The notes beneath the pieces are model-generated. The model was not told where the DNA came from, did no database searches, and worked only from the letters and a program-made list of their open reading frames with translations. 64,000 nt of DNA from Candidatus Microgenomatus sp. GTDB lineage: Bacteria; Patescibacteriota; Microgenomatia; UBA8517. Of the stretch, positions 28,141 to 38,846 are shown one piece after another. The stretch lies in NCBI GenBank assembly GCA_020724585.1, contig DYGS01000001.1:2893-66892 (forward strand), written 5' to 3'. The position numbers and the translations under genes were made by a program. Numbering within the stretch: the stretch's first letter is position 1; each line of letters begins with the position of its first letter.

Positions 28141-28208
28141 AAATTAAATCACCCCCATTCCTATTATTAAATATACACTATTCTTCTAAACCTGAATATA
28201 TGAACTGT

Positions 28209-28385
28209 TTAATCAAAGTTTTCAGGGACTCTAATTGTTATAGGCGTTGATGTGAGTTTTAAATTTGGAAACACCCACTTTTCAGCTTTATCCCAGTCTA
28301 AATATTCAAAAGAATTAGCGTTTTGCCAAAATAAACTCTCTTCTTTTTCTGATTTAAACTTTGGTACCCTTTTTAATTTTTTCAT
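28209..28385 (-). pseudogene. truncated BrnA-like antitoxin fragment (58 aa, lacks C-terminal RHH)
   Basis: Minus-strand translation MKKLKRVPKFKSEKEESLFWQNANSFEYLDWDKAEKWVFPNLKLTSTPITIRVPENFD aligns with the N-terminal 60 aa of BrnA at 13231-13509. There is no adjacent BrnT. Below the ORF-track length cutoff. Confidence 0.55.
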
Positions 28386-28387
28386 AT

Positions 28388-28570
28388 TTAACTATACAAA
28401 TCGTCAGCTTCATCTTTGGCTATCTCTGGATCGGTTGGAGTCTTTTTTTCAGATCTCAACATATCAAGAATTCTTTGAACTTCTAAAAATGCATCTGGGC
28501 TAATTTCAAAAACAGTGGTCCAAACGAAGCCTCCTTTTGGTTCTTCTTCTTTTGATACCTCAACAGTCAT
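28388..28570 (-). CDS. hypothetical small acidic protein
   Basis: 60-aa ORF 12 nt upstream of the ABC transporter gene on the same strand. Confidence 0.3.
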   Translation of the reverse strand: MTVEVSKEEEPKGGFVWTTVFEISPDAFLEVQRILDMLRSEKKTPTDPEIAKDEADDLYS

Positions 28571-28582
28571 ATTTATATTTTA

Positions 28583-30361
28583 TCACCTCAATTCATATTT
28601 AGAAAGTAGTTTTTTGTTTCCTTCTATTTGATATTTTAGAAGCTCACTATATAGACCTTTCTTTTTAGCCAAAGTTTGTGGTTTGTCATCGTCAACTATT
28701 TTTCCTTGATCCAAAACTATTACTCTATCTGCATTTTGAATTGTTGAAAATCTATGCGCAATTACTATTGTTAGTCTGTTTTTAAATAATTTTTCTAAGG
28801 CATCTTGGACTAAATGTTCTGACCTTGAATCAAGTGAGCTTGTAGCCTCATCCAAAATTAGTATTGGTTTGTTTTGTAGTATGGCTCTTGCTATTTGAAG
28901 TCTTTGTTTTTGTCCTCCTGAAAGTTTTACTCCCCTTTCCCCTATTTGTTCATCTAGTCCATTTTTATATTTTGAGACAAAGTCCCAGGCATTTGCCTGT
29001 TTTAATGCCGAAATTATTTGGTCATCTGACTTATTATCATGTCCATATGAGACATTTTCCTTAATAGAAGCTGAAAAGAGTTCAGTGTCTTGAAAAACCA
29101 AAGCTATATGATTTCTAATAAAAGAATGGTTTAATTTTGAATAATTCTTCCCAGATAGTAATATTTTTCCTCCAGTTGGATCATATAATTTAAGTATTAA
29201 ATTAATCAAAGTTGTTTTTCCTGCACCCGAGTGGCCAACTAATGCTACTGTTTCGTTATGTTTTAAATCAAGGCTAATATTTGTTAGAACATCTCCACCT
29301 TCTTCATATTTAAAGCTCACATTTTCAAATGAAATTGTTGGTTTATTTAATATTTTTAGTTTATTAAAGTCCTTAACTGTGTTAAATTTTTCCGTTGATT
29401 TTAAAGAAAGTATTTCAAAATAAGTTTTACTATCAGCCTCAGCCCTTTGAACTTGTTCTAATATATAACTCATGGCAAATAGTGGCCATCTGAGTTGATT
29501 TAGAAGCTGTATTATTAAAACCATTTCACCAAGAGTTAAATCTCCAAAAAATGTGCGTTTGAAAATAAGATAAAGAATAATAACTAAAACTACTTCCAAT
29601 CCAAATTCCCTGATAAAATTTAAGATGTGGTAGCCATTTGATTGTTTGTCATAGATTTTATTTATTTTTTCATAAGTTGATGACAAAAAATTCCATTCAG
29701 ATCCTTGAGTGTTATATGTTTTAACAAGTCTAATGTTTCCAATTACTTCTTGTATTCTTCCCCTTATTCCATCTTCAAAAACATTCTTTTCTTCCTGCAT
29801 TTTCCCCCATCTTTTGGTTGAATAACTGGTGATATAGATATAAACAGGAAAGACAGAAAAAGCCAAAAGGCCAACTGTTAAATCAAAATAAGATAAAACT
29901 GCAATTCCAAAAATAGCTTGCAGTAAAGCCGGCATTATAAAGTTGGTGGCACCGTTTACAAAATCGCGAATTGAGTTAATTCCCCTTATAAGCTGGGCTA
30001 CTATTTTTCCTGAAATCTCACCATCAAAAAAATTTTGAGGTAATGTAAATATTTTCTTGTAAAAGATTTCAGTTAAGAATCTACCCAAGCGAGATGAGAT
30101 ATAATCACCCAATCTTTGATTAACAGAATTAAAAATGACGACAGATAAATTAATTATTAAAATTAGGCCAAAAAGAAAAGATAATTTTGAATAATCACCT
30201 GTTTTATTCCCTATTTGATTAGACAGCTCATCAACCACATATTTTAAAGTAACTGGCGTTGCTTGTTGTAAAACCGCCTGAATAATAATTAAAACACAAG
30301 CAACTAGAATGAGTTTGTGCTGTGGTTTACTAATTTCGAAGATCTTGATGATGTTTTTCAC
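28583..30361 (-). CDS. ABC transporter, fused permease/ATP-binding protein (type I exporter, MsbA-like)
   Basis: Six TM helices, then Walker A GHSGAGKTT, signature LSGGQKQR and Walker B ILILDEATS. Confidence 0.85.
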   Translation of the reverse strand: MKNIIKIFEISKPQHKLILVACVLIIIQAVLQQATPVTLKYVVDELSNQIGNKTGDYSKLSFLFGLILIINLSVVIFNSVNQRLGDYISSRLGRFLTEIFYKKIFTLPQNFFDGEISGKIVAQLIRGINSIRDFVNGATNFIMPALLQAIFGIAVLSYFDLTVGLLAFSVFPVYIYITSYSTKRWGKMQEEKNVFEDGIRGRIQEVIGNIRLVKTYNTQGSEWNFLSSTYEKINKIYDKQSNGYHILNFIREFGLEVVLVIILYLIFKRTFFGDLTLGEMVLIIQLLNQLRWPLFAMSYILEQVQRAEADSKTYFEILSLKSTEKFNTVKDFNKLKILNKPTISFENVSFKYEEGGDVLTNISLDLKHNETVALVGHSGAGKTTLINLILKLYDPTGGKILLSGKNYSKLNHSFIRNHIALVFQDTELFSASIKENVSYGHDNKSDDQIISALKQANAWDFVSKYKNGLDEQIGERGVKLSGGQKQRLQIARAILQNKPILILDEATSSLDSRSEHLVQDALEKLFKNRLTIVIAHRFSTIQNADRVIVLDQGKIVDDDKPQTLAKKKGLYSELLKYQIEGNKKLLSKYELR

Positions 30362-30388
30362 CCTAATATTATATCTTGTTTAATGTTT

Positions 30389-30700
30389 TTAGGCACTGGC
30401 AAATTTGGGGTAATTAATTTTATTTTGCTTAGCAATAAATTGACGTCTATCAACATATAAGTCCAAAAGTCGCCTTATCATGCCTTGGTATGAGGCATTT
30501 TCTTTTTTGGCAAAACTTTTAAAAAAATTTAAACTTTTATCAGAAAGTTCTATTGTCACCCTCTTCTTTTTCTCACGCAAAACTAGCTCCTCAGGTTGAG
30601 GAAAAATATCATCAATTATCTCAAACTTAATTGGTTCATCTGTGTATTTTATTTTTTTCATAATAAGCTTTCTTTCCTTTTTTCCAATAACCTGCACCAA
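30389..30700 (-). CDS. brnA: BrnA-like antitoxin (RHH/CopG family), second copy
   Basis: VTIELSDKSLNFFKSFAKKENASYQGMIRRLLDLYV. Overlaps the upstream BrnT gene. The start is probably the internal Met (30661). Confidence 0.6.
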   Translation of the reverse strand: MVQVIGKKERKLIMKKIKYTDEPIKFEIIDDIFPQPEELVLREKKKRVTIELSDKSLNFFKSFAKKENASYQGMIRRLLDLYVDRRQFIAKQNKINYPKFASA

Positions 30701-30923
30701 TTATTCTAATGTTCTTTCCTCTGTACGTAAATCGTACTGTTATTATTCTTGATTTTACTTTTCCAAAACAAAAATATCTTTTTTCAGTTTTACTATGACT
30801 TTTATCTCTAGCATAAATACGTTTTTTATCAAAAAAGGCTAGTTGAGCAATTATAAAATCAACATCATGCTTTTCAATATTTTTTAAATTTTTGCCCCCG
30901 TCCCATTCAAAATACTTGTGCAT
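30636..30923 (-). CDS. brnT: BrnT toxin (DUF497), second copy; start trimmed to MHKYFEWD
   Basis: YFEWDGGKNLKNIEKHDVDF and RIITVRFT...IRIIGAGYWKKGKK match the DUF497 consensus. Confidence 0.65.
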   Translation of the reverse strand: MHKYFEWDGGKNLKNIEKHDVDFIIAQLAFFDKKRIYARDKSHSKTEKRYFCFGKVKSRIITVRFTYRGKNIRIIGAGYWKKGKKAYYEKNKIHR

Positions 30924-31047
30924 AATTATATTACTATTTATATGTATACTTGTCAATACTGTTACATAATATTGATATCTATGTATCTAATTGTAGTACA
31001 TTTTAATTTAAAAGTGCTATATAATAGCCTTGTTCGTTAATGTATAA

Positions 31048-31119
31048 TCCGCGATAGCTCAACGGCAGAGCAACAAGCTGTTAACTTGAAGGTTGTAGGT
31101 TCGAATCCTACTCGCGGAG
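31048..31119 (+). tRNA. tRNA-Asn (anticodon GTT)
   Basis: Cloverleaf folds: acceptor tccgcga/tcgcgga, D-arm gctc-aacggca-gagc, anticodon loop cTGTTaa, T-arm gtagg-ttcgaat-cctac, discriminator G. Confidence 0.8.
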
Positions 31120-31166
31120 CAGGATATAATTAAAATTTTAAAGTTTGATAATCTTTCTAATTTGAA

Positions 31167-31580
31167 TTATTCTTCAACAACTTCTTTTGTCTTTTTTACC
31201 TTTGGGGCTTTAACTACTTTTTCTTCTATAACTACTGGTGATTCTGTTTCCATTTCAAGTTTTTCTTGTTTAGGTGTCAAAAGTTCAATGATTTTGTCCA
31301 TTTTTGAGCTTAATTCATTGAATTGCTTTGAGTAATCAACTTTTTGCGGTCTTTCATCTCTTCTGTTATTCCCACTCTTATTACCCATTTTTTCAAAACA
31401 ATCGGAACAATACACAGGTTTACCTGAAGTTGGGTTAAAAGGGACTTTACAACTCTTTCCACAATTACTACAAATTGCATCAAACATTTCCCTTGGAGCA
31501 CTACTTCGTCCAAATCCACCACGATTTCTGTCAAATGGTCTACCACTTCGGCTGTCTCTATTAAATCTTCCCATATCCAT
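31167..31580 (-). CDS. hypothetical Arg/Gly-rich protein with zinc ribbon
   Basis: CSNCGKSC...CSDCF. RG-rich N-terminus. Confidence 0.4.
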   Translation of the reverse strand: MDMGRFNRDSRSGRPFDRNRGGFGRSSAPREMFDAICSNCGKSCKVPFNPTSGKPVYCSDCFEKMGNKSGNNRRDERPQKVDYSKQFNELSSKMDKIIELLTPKQEKLEMETESPVVIEEKVVKAPKVKKTKEVVEE

Positions 31581-31603
31581 GTATTGTGACAGGTATTTAA
31601 AAA

Positions 31604-32191
31604 TTAGATAGTGGCAATAATATTTTTGACAAAATCTATCCTGTGGTGTTTTGTTATTCCAAATTTTTTAATTGCCTCAATATGTTTTTTGGTTCCATAG
31701 CCTACATTATTTAAAAAGTCATAGTTAGGAAAGTCTTGATGAAGATTATGCATCAAAATATCTCTAGTTACTTTTGCAATAATACTTGAGGCCATAACTG
31801 TTTCGAATAAGTTATCGGCTTTCACAACCGAATTCGTCTTAGATAAGTTTATTTTTAGATTTCCATCAACTATATATTCATCTGCTTTAATTTTTTTAAT
31901 TAGTTTTCTAAAACCTTCTGCATTACAAAGACCTATCCCCTTTTGGTTTATTTCGTCAACTGAAATTTCTAATGTTTCAAAATAAACCAAATTGTTTTTC
32001 AATTCATCAACTATTTTGTTTCTTTGAAGTTTTGTCATTTTTTTAGAATCTCTAAATACAAGATTACCTAATTTTTGTTTAAGTGACTTATTTTCTTGAT
32101 AGACACTTGCACACATTAGCATAGGCCCAGCAAGAGCTCCTCTTCCAACCTCATCCAAACCACAAATTAATTTCATGTTATGATTATACAA
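31604..32191 (-). CDS. rnhB: Ribonuclease HII
   Basis: LICGLDEVGRGALAGPM catalytic N-terminal motif. Confidence 0.85.
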   Translation of the reverse strand: MYNHNMKLICGLDEVGRGALAGPMLMCASVYQENKSLKQKLGNLVFRDSKKMTKLQRNKIVDELKNNLVYFETLEISVDEINQKGIGLCNAEGFRKLIKKIKADEYIVDGNLKINLSKTNSVVKADNLFETVMASSIIAKVTRDILMHNLHQDFPNYDFLNNVGYGTKKHIEAIKKFGITKHHRIDFVKNIIATI

Positions 32192-32652
32192 TGGCTAAAA
32201 AGATTGTAATTATTTTAGTTATTCTGGTTATCATTGCTTCTTTATTTCTATTGCAAAAACCAAAAGAAAAATCTGAGATAGAAATGCCAAAAACAGAAAA
32301 ATTGAATCAAGAATTTAAACCATTTAACGCTAGTTTTGAAATAATTACAAATGGGACCAAAAGGATTTTTACTGATTCCAAGTATCACAATAGAAACCCA
32401 TTTGTTTACATTGAAAAAGGTAACCCGAATGTAATAATAGTTAAAAAAGAAGACACAAAGTGGTCTGAATTTTTTGACTCACTTCCAAGCCCAATGAAGT
32501 TAACAAAAGAATGTTTAACAACCGGAACAGGCCAAAAGTTTTGTACTAATAAAGATAGAAAACTATATTTTTTCTTAAATGGTAGTGAAAAACCAAATGT
32601 GCTGGACCTTTTTATTAAAAACGAAGATTATCTATTGATTGAGTATAAATGA
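32191..32652 (+). CDS. hypothetical membrane-anchored protein
   Basis: N-terminal TM (IVIILVILVIIASLFLL). Confidence 0.4.
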   Translation: MAKKIVIILVILVIIASLFLLQKPKEKSEIEMPKTEKLNQEFKPFNASFEIITNGTKRIFTDSKYHNRNPFVYIEKGNPNVIIVKKEDTKWSEFFDSLPSPMKLTKECLTTGTGQKFCTNKDRKLYFFLNGSEKPNVLDLFIKNEDYLLIEYK

Positions 32653-32673
32653 TTAAACTGTATACTTTTTAGT

Positions 32674-34023
32674 ATGAAAATTAAATTTTTGGGAGCTTCT
32701 GGAACAGTTACTGGTTCTTCGTATGCTTTAGAATCAGATAATGGCACAGCAATTTTAATTGATCTTGGTATGTTTCAAGGCCCGCATGAGGTTGAAAAGC
32801 ATAACCACGAGCCTTTTGACTATGATGCTTCTAAACTTTCTGCAGTAATTTTAACCCATGCTCATTTAGATCACTGCGGTAGGCTTCCAATTTTATTTAA
32901 AAAGGGGTTTAAAGGTAACATCTACATGACCCATCCCACTAAGGACTTAACAGACTTAACCTTAATGGATACTGTTAAAATTGCAAAAGAAGATGCTACA
33001 GAAAGTTTATATTCGCTTTCTGATGTTATCAATATCTCAAAGCAATTTATAACCATAAATTATCATGAAGAAATTCATATAGGAGATTTTCTAATCAAAT
33101 TATATGATGCGGGGCATATCTTAGGATCAAGTAGTGTAGAAATTGTCGATAAAAATTCCAAAGGTAATTTTAGAAAAATTATATTCAGTGGAGACATTGG
33201 AAACTACCCGGCTCAACTTGAAGAAAAAACTGAATTTTTAAAAGATGGTGATGTAGTTATATTAGAATCAACATATGGAGATAGACTTCACCCTAATGAA
33301 AATATATTTGAAGCAATTAAAAATGAAATAAACGAAGTTGAAAAAAGTGGAGGAACTCTATTAATTCCCACTTTTTCACTTGATAGGGCCCAAGAACTAC
33401 TGCACTTAATTGGACATTTGAAAAGAGAAAATAAAATATCAAAAACTACACCAATCATACTTGATAGCCCAATGGCGGAAAAGGCTACAAGAATATATGT
33501 TGATTATCCAAAATTATTTAATGACCATATTGAAGAAGATTATAAAAGAGGAGAACTTTTTGACTTTGAAGGATTAGAGGTAATTAAAAATTGGAAAGAC
33601 AGTCAAAAAATACACGACAGGACTGAGGCTAAAGTGATAATTGCAGGAAGTGGAATGATGGTTGGTGGTAGAATTGTTGGACATGCAAGCTATTATCTTC
33701 CAATGTCAACTACAAGGCTTATGATTGTTGGATATCAGGGTGATGGGACATTAGGAAGAGAACTTTTGGATGGAAAAAGAACAGTATTTATAAATAACCA
33801 AAGAGTTGAAGTGGCAGCATCGGTTCATGATTCACAAGCCATGAGTTCACATGCAGATCAGAAACAACTTTTAGAGTGGCTTAAAAATATTAAAGGAGTT
33901 AAAAAAGTATTTTTAACACACGGAGATGACGAAGCGAGAAAAACGCTCTCAGACATCATTAAGAAAGATTTAAAAATTGATGATGTAACGCTCCCGATTC
34001 TCAATCAAGAAATTTCTTTTTGA
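32674..34023 (+). CDS. MBL-fold beta-CASP ribonuclease (RNase J / CPSF-like RNA-metabolising metallo-beta-lactamase)
   Basis: HAHLDHCG (HxHxDH) motif and downstream beta-CASP His/Asp motifs. 449 aa. Confidence 0.75.
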   Translation: MKIKFLGASGTVTGSSYALESDNGTAILIDLGMFQGPHEVEKHNHEPFDYDASKLSAVILTHAHLDHCGRLPILFKKGFKGNIYMTHPTKDLTDLTLMDTVKIAKEDATESLYSLSDVINISKQFITINYHEEIHIGDFLIKLYDAGHILGSSSVEIVDKNSKGNFRKIIFSGDIGNYPAQLEEKTEFLKDGDVVILESTYGDRLHPNENIFEAIKNEINEVEKSGGTLLIPTFSLDRAQELLHLIGHLKRENKISKTTPIILDSPMAEKATRIYVDYPKLFNDHIEEDYKRGELFDFEGLEVIKNWKDSQKIHDRTEAKVIIAGSGMMVGGRIVGHASYYLPMSTTRLMIVGYQGDGTLGRELLDGKRTVFINNQRVEVAASVHDSQAMSSHADQKQLLEWLKNIKGVKKVFLTHGDDEARKTLSDIIKKDLKIDDVTLPILNQEISF

Positions 34024-34038
34024 TATAATAAAATATAA

Positions 34039-34863
34039 ATGAAAATTAAAAAACTTGTGAGTCTCTTGTTTATACCATGTCTAGCCTGGGTTGTGTTTGC
34101 AGCTAGCCAAGTTTATGCGCAGGAATTTAATTTCACAAAAGCAAAAGCAGATTATATTTTTCAGTCAGACAATTATAAAAATGCTCTTTTTGATTTTAAT
34201 TCAAAAAAAGATTCATACAATAAAAATCAGACGCTTTCTTTAAAAGAGGAGCTTCGCATATCACTTCTTAATTTTGTAGGCATTCGAAATGAATTTATCA
34301 AAAGTTACCTTAATCTTCTTCGAACCAAAACTGTTGAAGCGGCGGGACTGGGTGAAGCCCAAAAACAATCAATTTACACCCAGCTTGACAAGGAAGTTGT
34401 TTGGTACGATAGCAGGGAAAATAGTTATTCAAAAGATAACACCTTAGAAGATATTTTAAATAAATCGAAAGAGGAAGACTCACGATACGAAACAGAAACC
34501 GACCCCGCCATTAAATATACTCTGGCCTATCTAAGCTATAGCGATATAACTTTGTTAAAAAATAAACATTTGGAAATTTATAAAAAATTAAAAACTGAGT
34601 CTGAAACTCTTGTTGGTCTTAAGCGGGCAGACCAGAATCTTTTTAAAAGATGGTTTGACGATATAGACAGAGAGCTTTCCAATTTAGAAGCAGTTGAAAA
34701 AGAAGCAGTGGATGCAACAGCCAAGATTTATGCAGAAGAATCTTGGGAAAGAAGAAAATCTTATGAAAATGTTGTTGAAATTCTGCAAAAAAGTATCTCA
34801 AACTTATCAAGACTTAACAATTTTATTAAAGAGTTAGAAACAGTTATAAAAAATATCAGATGA
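34039..34863 (+). CDS. hypothetical secreted protein
   Basis: Signal peptide (LLFIPCLAWVVFAASQVYAQ). Confidence 0.45.
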   Translation: MKIKKLVSLLFIPCLAWVVFAASQVYAQEFNFTKAKADYIFQSDNYKNALFDFNSKKDSYNKNQTLSLKEELRISLLNFVGIRNEFIKSYLNLLRTKTVEAAGLGEAQKQSIYTQLDKEVVWYDSRENSYSKDNTLEDILNKSKEEDSRYETETDPAIKYTLAYLSYSDITLLKNKHLEIYKKLKTESETLVGLKRADQNLFKRWFDDIDRELSNLEAVEKEAVDATAKIYAEESWERRKSYENVVEILQKSISNLSRLNNFIKELETVIKNIR

Positions 34864-35222
34864 AAGAAAAAATAAATAAGTTTTTATTAAAAGCTAAAGA
34901 AGTCTGGTTAGTAATTGATGCAAAAGTCAGAGAACTTATACCTAATGATAGGTTAAGAAAAGTTCTTTATATCACAATCTCGTCTTTTGTCGGCCTTTTT
35001 GTGTTTCTTATTTTGCTTGGGATACTGTTGTCTCCATTTAGACGAAACGGTGAAGCAGGATTTAGTATTCTTAAGCCAAGAATTGATTCACAATTAAATA
35101 GGGAGATCGTTTTAACCGAAACTGAAAAGGAATTGCAGAAACTTGAAAGTGAAATTAGAAACTTAAAGTTTCCCCAAAGTGAACTAACCATCCCCGATAT
35201 TTTATTCAAGATAGTCCTGTAA
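34860..35222 (+). CDS. hypothetical membrane protein
   Basis: Single TM. Overlapping start/stop with the previous gene. Confidence 0.4.
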   Translation: MKEKINKFLLKAKEVWLVIDAKVRELIPNDRLRKVLYITISSFVGLFVFLILLGILLSPFRRNGEAGFSILKPRIDSQLNREIVLTETEKELQKLESEIRNLKFPQSELTIPDILFKIVL

Positions 35223-36281
35223 TTTTTTACGCCTTGATGGATGTTTGAGTTTGCGAAGCGCTTTGGCCTCGATTTGTCTAATTCTTTCTCTGGTAACTCC
35301 AAAAACTTTTCCAACTTCTTCTAGGGTCATTTGTTTTGTCCCTTCCAAACCAAACCTTAATTTTAATACTTTTGCTTCCCTTTCCGTTAAGGTCCCTAGG
35401 ACTTCATCTAAGTGATCTTTAAGAAGTTGTTTACTTGCCTGATCAACCGGAGAGAGTTGGTTTTCATCGGGTATAAAATCTCCCAAAATACTTTCCTGGT
35501 CCTCCCCGACAGGAGCTTCCAAAGATGTTGTTTCCTGAGCAATTTTGAATATCTCTCTGACTCGCTCAGCATCAAGATCAACCTGCTCGCCAATTTCCTC
35601 GGCAGTTGGCTCCCTGCCAAGCTCCTGCATCAACCTTCGACTAACTCTATAAAGCTTGTTTATCGTCTCAACCATATGGACCGGAATTCTAATGGTTCTG
35701 GCCTGATCAGCTATGGCACGGGTTATGGCTTGTCTTATCCACCAAGTGGCATAAGTTGAGAATTTAAAACCTTTTCTCCAATCGTATTTTTCAACAGCAC
35801 GGATCAATCCCTGATTCCCTTCCTGAATTAAATCCAAAAGAGACAAGCCTCTACCTATATATTTCTTGGCAATTGAAACAACTAACCTTAAATTACTTTC
35901 TGTTAACTTGTCTTTGGAGCGCTTATCGCCTTTCTCATACTTCTTGGCATACTCAATTTCATCCTCGGCATTTAAAAGTGTTACCCTCCCGATTTCTCTT
36001 AAATATTGTCTGACTGGATCGGTTGATTCAATTCCCTCAAGTCTTGTTAGAAGTTCAATTTCCTTATCAAGTTTTTCTTTTGAAGTTTCAATTGTAAGCT
36101 CATCATCGCTTGTAACTGACTCAAAAACATCAATTCCTTCACCAATTAATTTATCATAAAGATCATCAAGCTCCTCAATTCTATCTTCAGCATCGGGATA
36201 AATCTCTAAAATTTCATCCTGAGTCAAAAATCCCTGCTCCCTAGCTTTTTTGATGATATCTACAACTTGTTTTCTAATCAT
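35202..36281 (-). CDS. rpoD: RNA polymerase sigma factor RpoD (sigma-70)
   Basis: Region 2 [18 protein letters not shown]...[18 protein letters not shown] and region 4 [15 protein letters not shown]. Confidence 0.9.
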   Translation of the reverse strand: MIRKQVVDIIKKAREQGFLTQDEILEIYPDAEDRIEELDDLYDKLIGEGIDVFESVTSDDELTIETSKEKLDKEIELLTRLEGIESTDPVRQYLREIGRVTLLNAEDEIEYAKKYEKGDKRSKDKLTESNLRLVVSIAKKYIGRGLSLLDLIQEGNQGLIRAVEKYDWRKGFKFSTYATWWIRQAITRAIADQARTIRIPVHMVETINKLYRVSRRLMQELGREPTAEEIGEQVDLDAERVREIFKIAQETTSLEAPVGEDQESILGDFIPDENQLSPVDQASKQLLKDHLDEVLGTLTEREAKVLKLRFGLEGTKQMTLEEVGKVFGVTRERIRQIEAKALRKLKHPSRRKKLQDYLE

Positions 36282-36302
36282 TGCTTTTTTTTATTTTAAA
36301 GA

Positions 36303-38054
36303 CTAACTCTCCTCTTCAAGTTTTGAGAGTTTTTCAGCAAGTTGTGTAAAAATATTTTGGAGTCTCGATACCTCTGTATCGTTTCCCGATTGTTCTTGCT
36401 CTCTTATTTCCCCCGCCAACTTTTCCAACGACTGTCTAATATCAAGTATTTTAAGCTCTTTGATTAAAATATTCAAATCCTCTTTTTCAGAAACAGAGAG
36501 AATAATATCTGAAAAGCCTTTTTTAAATTCATCGGGAAGAATTTCTAAAATTTCTTTTATATCTAATTTATTGGCTTTTTTAATCTTTTGGCATATCAAA
36601 TCGTAGGTTCTTTTAACAAACGGTGTAGTAATCAATTGTTTAATTTCCTGATCAAAAAATAAATCGTCTTTTGAAAGTATCAAATTTGCAAAAACCGCCT
36701 CCTCTAAAAGCTGTCTTCTGTCTTTTTTCTCATCCAATCTTTCAATAGCCGCTACCTTCTCACTGTTTTTATTTTTATTTTCTTTTAAGACTTCCTGTTC
36801 TACCGCCTCAATTGAAACAGATAATCTTCTTGCAACCAAATCCATATAGTGGGATTGAACAATTTTGTCTTCAATTAGTGCTAAAAGTGGCGTAATTTCG
36901 CGGCTTATCACGGCCTTCGTTTCTCCCTTTAGATTTTTAAATTTGGCAAAAACCTGGTCAATCAAAAAATCCCAGATGGATTTTGAATTAGACAAAATCT
37001 TTTTAAACTCATTGGGATTTTTCCTTGCAATTTCATCCGGATCTTTATAATTTTTAATCTCAGCTACTTTTACATCAAATCCAAAATTTGAAGCAAGAAT
37101 TGCTCCCCTTTTAGAAGCCTCATCTCCGGCAAAATCGGCATCTAAACATAAAATCATTTTTTTACAAAACCTACCCAAAAGTCTTATTTGATCTTCTGTT
37201 AAAGCGGAGCCTTTAATTGCAACAACATTTCTAAAACCCGCGGAGTAAGTTGAAATCATGTCAAGCTCACCCTCAACTATTATTGCAAAGCCTTTATCGC
37301 GGATTTCGTTTTTGGAAATATTTAGCCCATACAAAATTTTTGATTTGTGATATGCGGGAGTCTCGGGAGAATTTATATATTTTCCAGCTTCGCGCCTATC
37401 CCAAGGCAATACTCTTCCTGAAAAACCAACGGGATTATCACGGTGGTCAAAAAGTGGAAAAATTATTCTACCTCCAAACCTATCTATAACCCCTTTTCTA
37501 GTTTTAACAGCAAGTCCGCCTAAAACCAGGTCGCTTTGACTAATTTTTTTCTTTTTTTCCAAATACTCAATTAGCGCGCTGGAAAAATCTGGGGAAAAGC
37601 CAATTTTAAACTTTTTTATTTGATCAAGGCTTAAGCCCCTATTTTTTAATAAATAATTTAAGGCCTTTTCACCAGATTTGTGTTGGGTTAGCGCGTATTG
37701 ATAAAAATTTAGCGCATTTTTATTCATTTCTATTATTTTTTCCTTTTGGCTTGTTTCATGGGGTTTATAAAGTTTAAGTTTTACTCCAACTCTGTCTGCC
37801 AAATATTTGAGTGCTTCACTAAATTCCATAGATTCGTGGCGCTCCAGAAATGAAAAGACATCACCACTTGCTCCACATCCAAAACATTTAAAAATCTGAA
37901 GTTCGGGGGATACAAAAAAAGACGGGGTTTTCTCTCCATGAAATGGACAATTGGCCTTATAATTTCTGCCCGCTTTTTTAAGTTCCAAATATTCGGAAAT
38001 CAACGAAACAATATCTGTTTTGCTTTTCACCTCTTCTACTTGATTGTTTGCCAT
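36303..38054 (-). CDS. dnaG: DNA primase
   Basis: Zinc-binding CPFHGEKTPSF...CFGCG and TOPRIM EGELD...DADFAGDEA. Confidence 0.9.
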   Translation of the reverse strand: MANNQVEEVKSKTDIVSLISEYLELKKAGRNYKANCPFHGEKTPSFFVSPELQIFKCFGCGASGDVFSFLERHESMEFSEALKYLADRVGVKLKLYKPHETSQKEKIIEMNKNALNFYQYALTQHKSGEKALNYLLKNRGLSLDQIKKFKIGFSPDFSSALIEYLEKKKKISQSDLVLGGLAVKTRKGVIDRFGGRIIFPLFDHRDNPVGFSGRVLPWDRREAGKYINSPETPAYHKSKILYGLNISKNEIRDKGFAIIVEGELDMISTYSAGFRNVVAIKGSALTEDQIRLLGRFCKKMILCLDADFAGDEASKRGAILASNFGFDVKVAEIKNYKDPDEIARKNPNEFKKILSNSKSIWDFLIDQVFAKFKNLKGETKAVISREITPLLALIEDKIVQSHYMDLVARRLSVSIEAVEQEVLKENKNKNSEKVAAIERLDEKKDRRQLLEEAVFANLILSKDDLFFDQEIKQLITTPFVKRTYDLICQKIKKANKLDIKEILEILPDEFKKGFSDIILSVSEKEDLNILIKELKILDIRQSLEKLAGEIREQEQSGNDTEVSRLQNIFTQLAEKLSKLEEES

Positions 38055-38109
38055 AAGTTAATTGAATTATATCATCGACCTATTACATAATTCTGTACAG
38101 ATTGTCAAA

Positions 38110-38838
38110 CTACAATTCGAGTACTAGTGGCAAATGATCAGAAATTTTAATTTCAGGAACAAGAAGATTTTTAACCTTAATAGACTTGTCAACAAAACAA
38201 TAGTCCGCATACTTTTGTTTACCGTAATATTCATAGCCCCTATTTTTTGATTTTTCTCGCGCTTCACTCCATGCCATTTCATTCCTTGTTGTTTTGATGT
38301 TATATTCGAGAACCAAATTTTTATAACCTAATTTCTCAAAAATTTTAATACTTTTAGTTTCTGGATTTAAATTAAAATCACCCCCTATAATTTTGTTGCT
38401 GTCCTTATTTTTATAACTATCAAGAATTATTTCAGACTGTTTAATTCTGGCCCTAGTGTCATTTTTATGTCCGGGAGTTGCCATTCCATGAACATTTCCA
38501 ATTGAATATTTTTTGCCATTAAATTCCAGATCTATGTTTTGCAAAAAACCGTAATTGCGATTTATATTTTTGAAGATTTCTATAGACTCAAAACCTGTTA
38601 TTTTTATATTCTCGTTTACCGCGACCAACTGACCGTAATTTGGATAGCCCTCAAAATTATTTTGGGTTTGACTAAAAAATGTGGTAAAATTTTTAAAAGT
38701 GCTACTTGATAATAAACTCAGATTATCACTGCTAATTTCTTGTAAGCAAAATAGATTGGCGCCGATGTTGTCATTAAAAAAATCAATGATATTTGTTTTT
38801 AATCTAAGGTAATAGCAATTTAAAAATATTATCTTCAT
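38110..38838 (-). CDS. Endonuclease/exonuclease/phosphatase (EEP) family protein
   Basis: GGDFNLNPET and SDHLPLVLEL C-terminal catalytic motifs. Confidence 0.65.
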   Translation of the reverse strand: MKIIFLNCYYLRLKTNIIDFFNDNIGANLFCLQEISSDNLSLLSSSTFKNFTTFFSQTQNNFEGYPNYGQLVAVNENIKITGFESIEIFKNINRNYGFLQNIDLEFNGKKYSIGNVHGMATPGHKNDTRARIKQSEIILDSYKNKDSNKIIGGDFNLNPETKSIKIFEKLGYKNLVLEYNIKTTRNEMAWSEAREKSKNRGYEYYGKQKYADYCFVDKSIKVKNLLVPEIKISDHLPLVLEL

Positions 38839-38846
38839 TAAATTTC

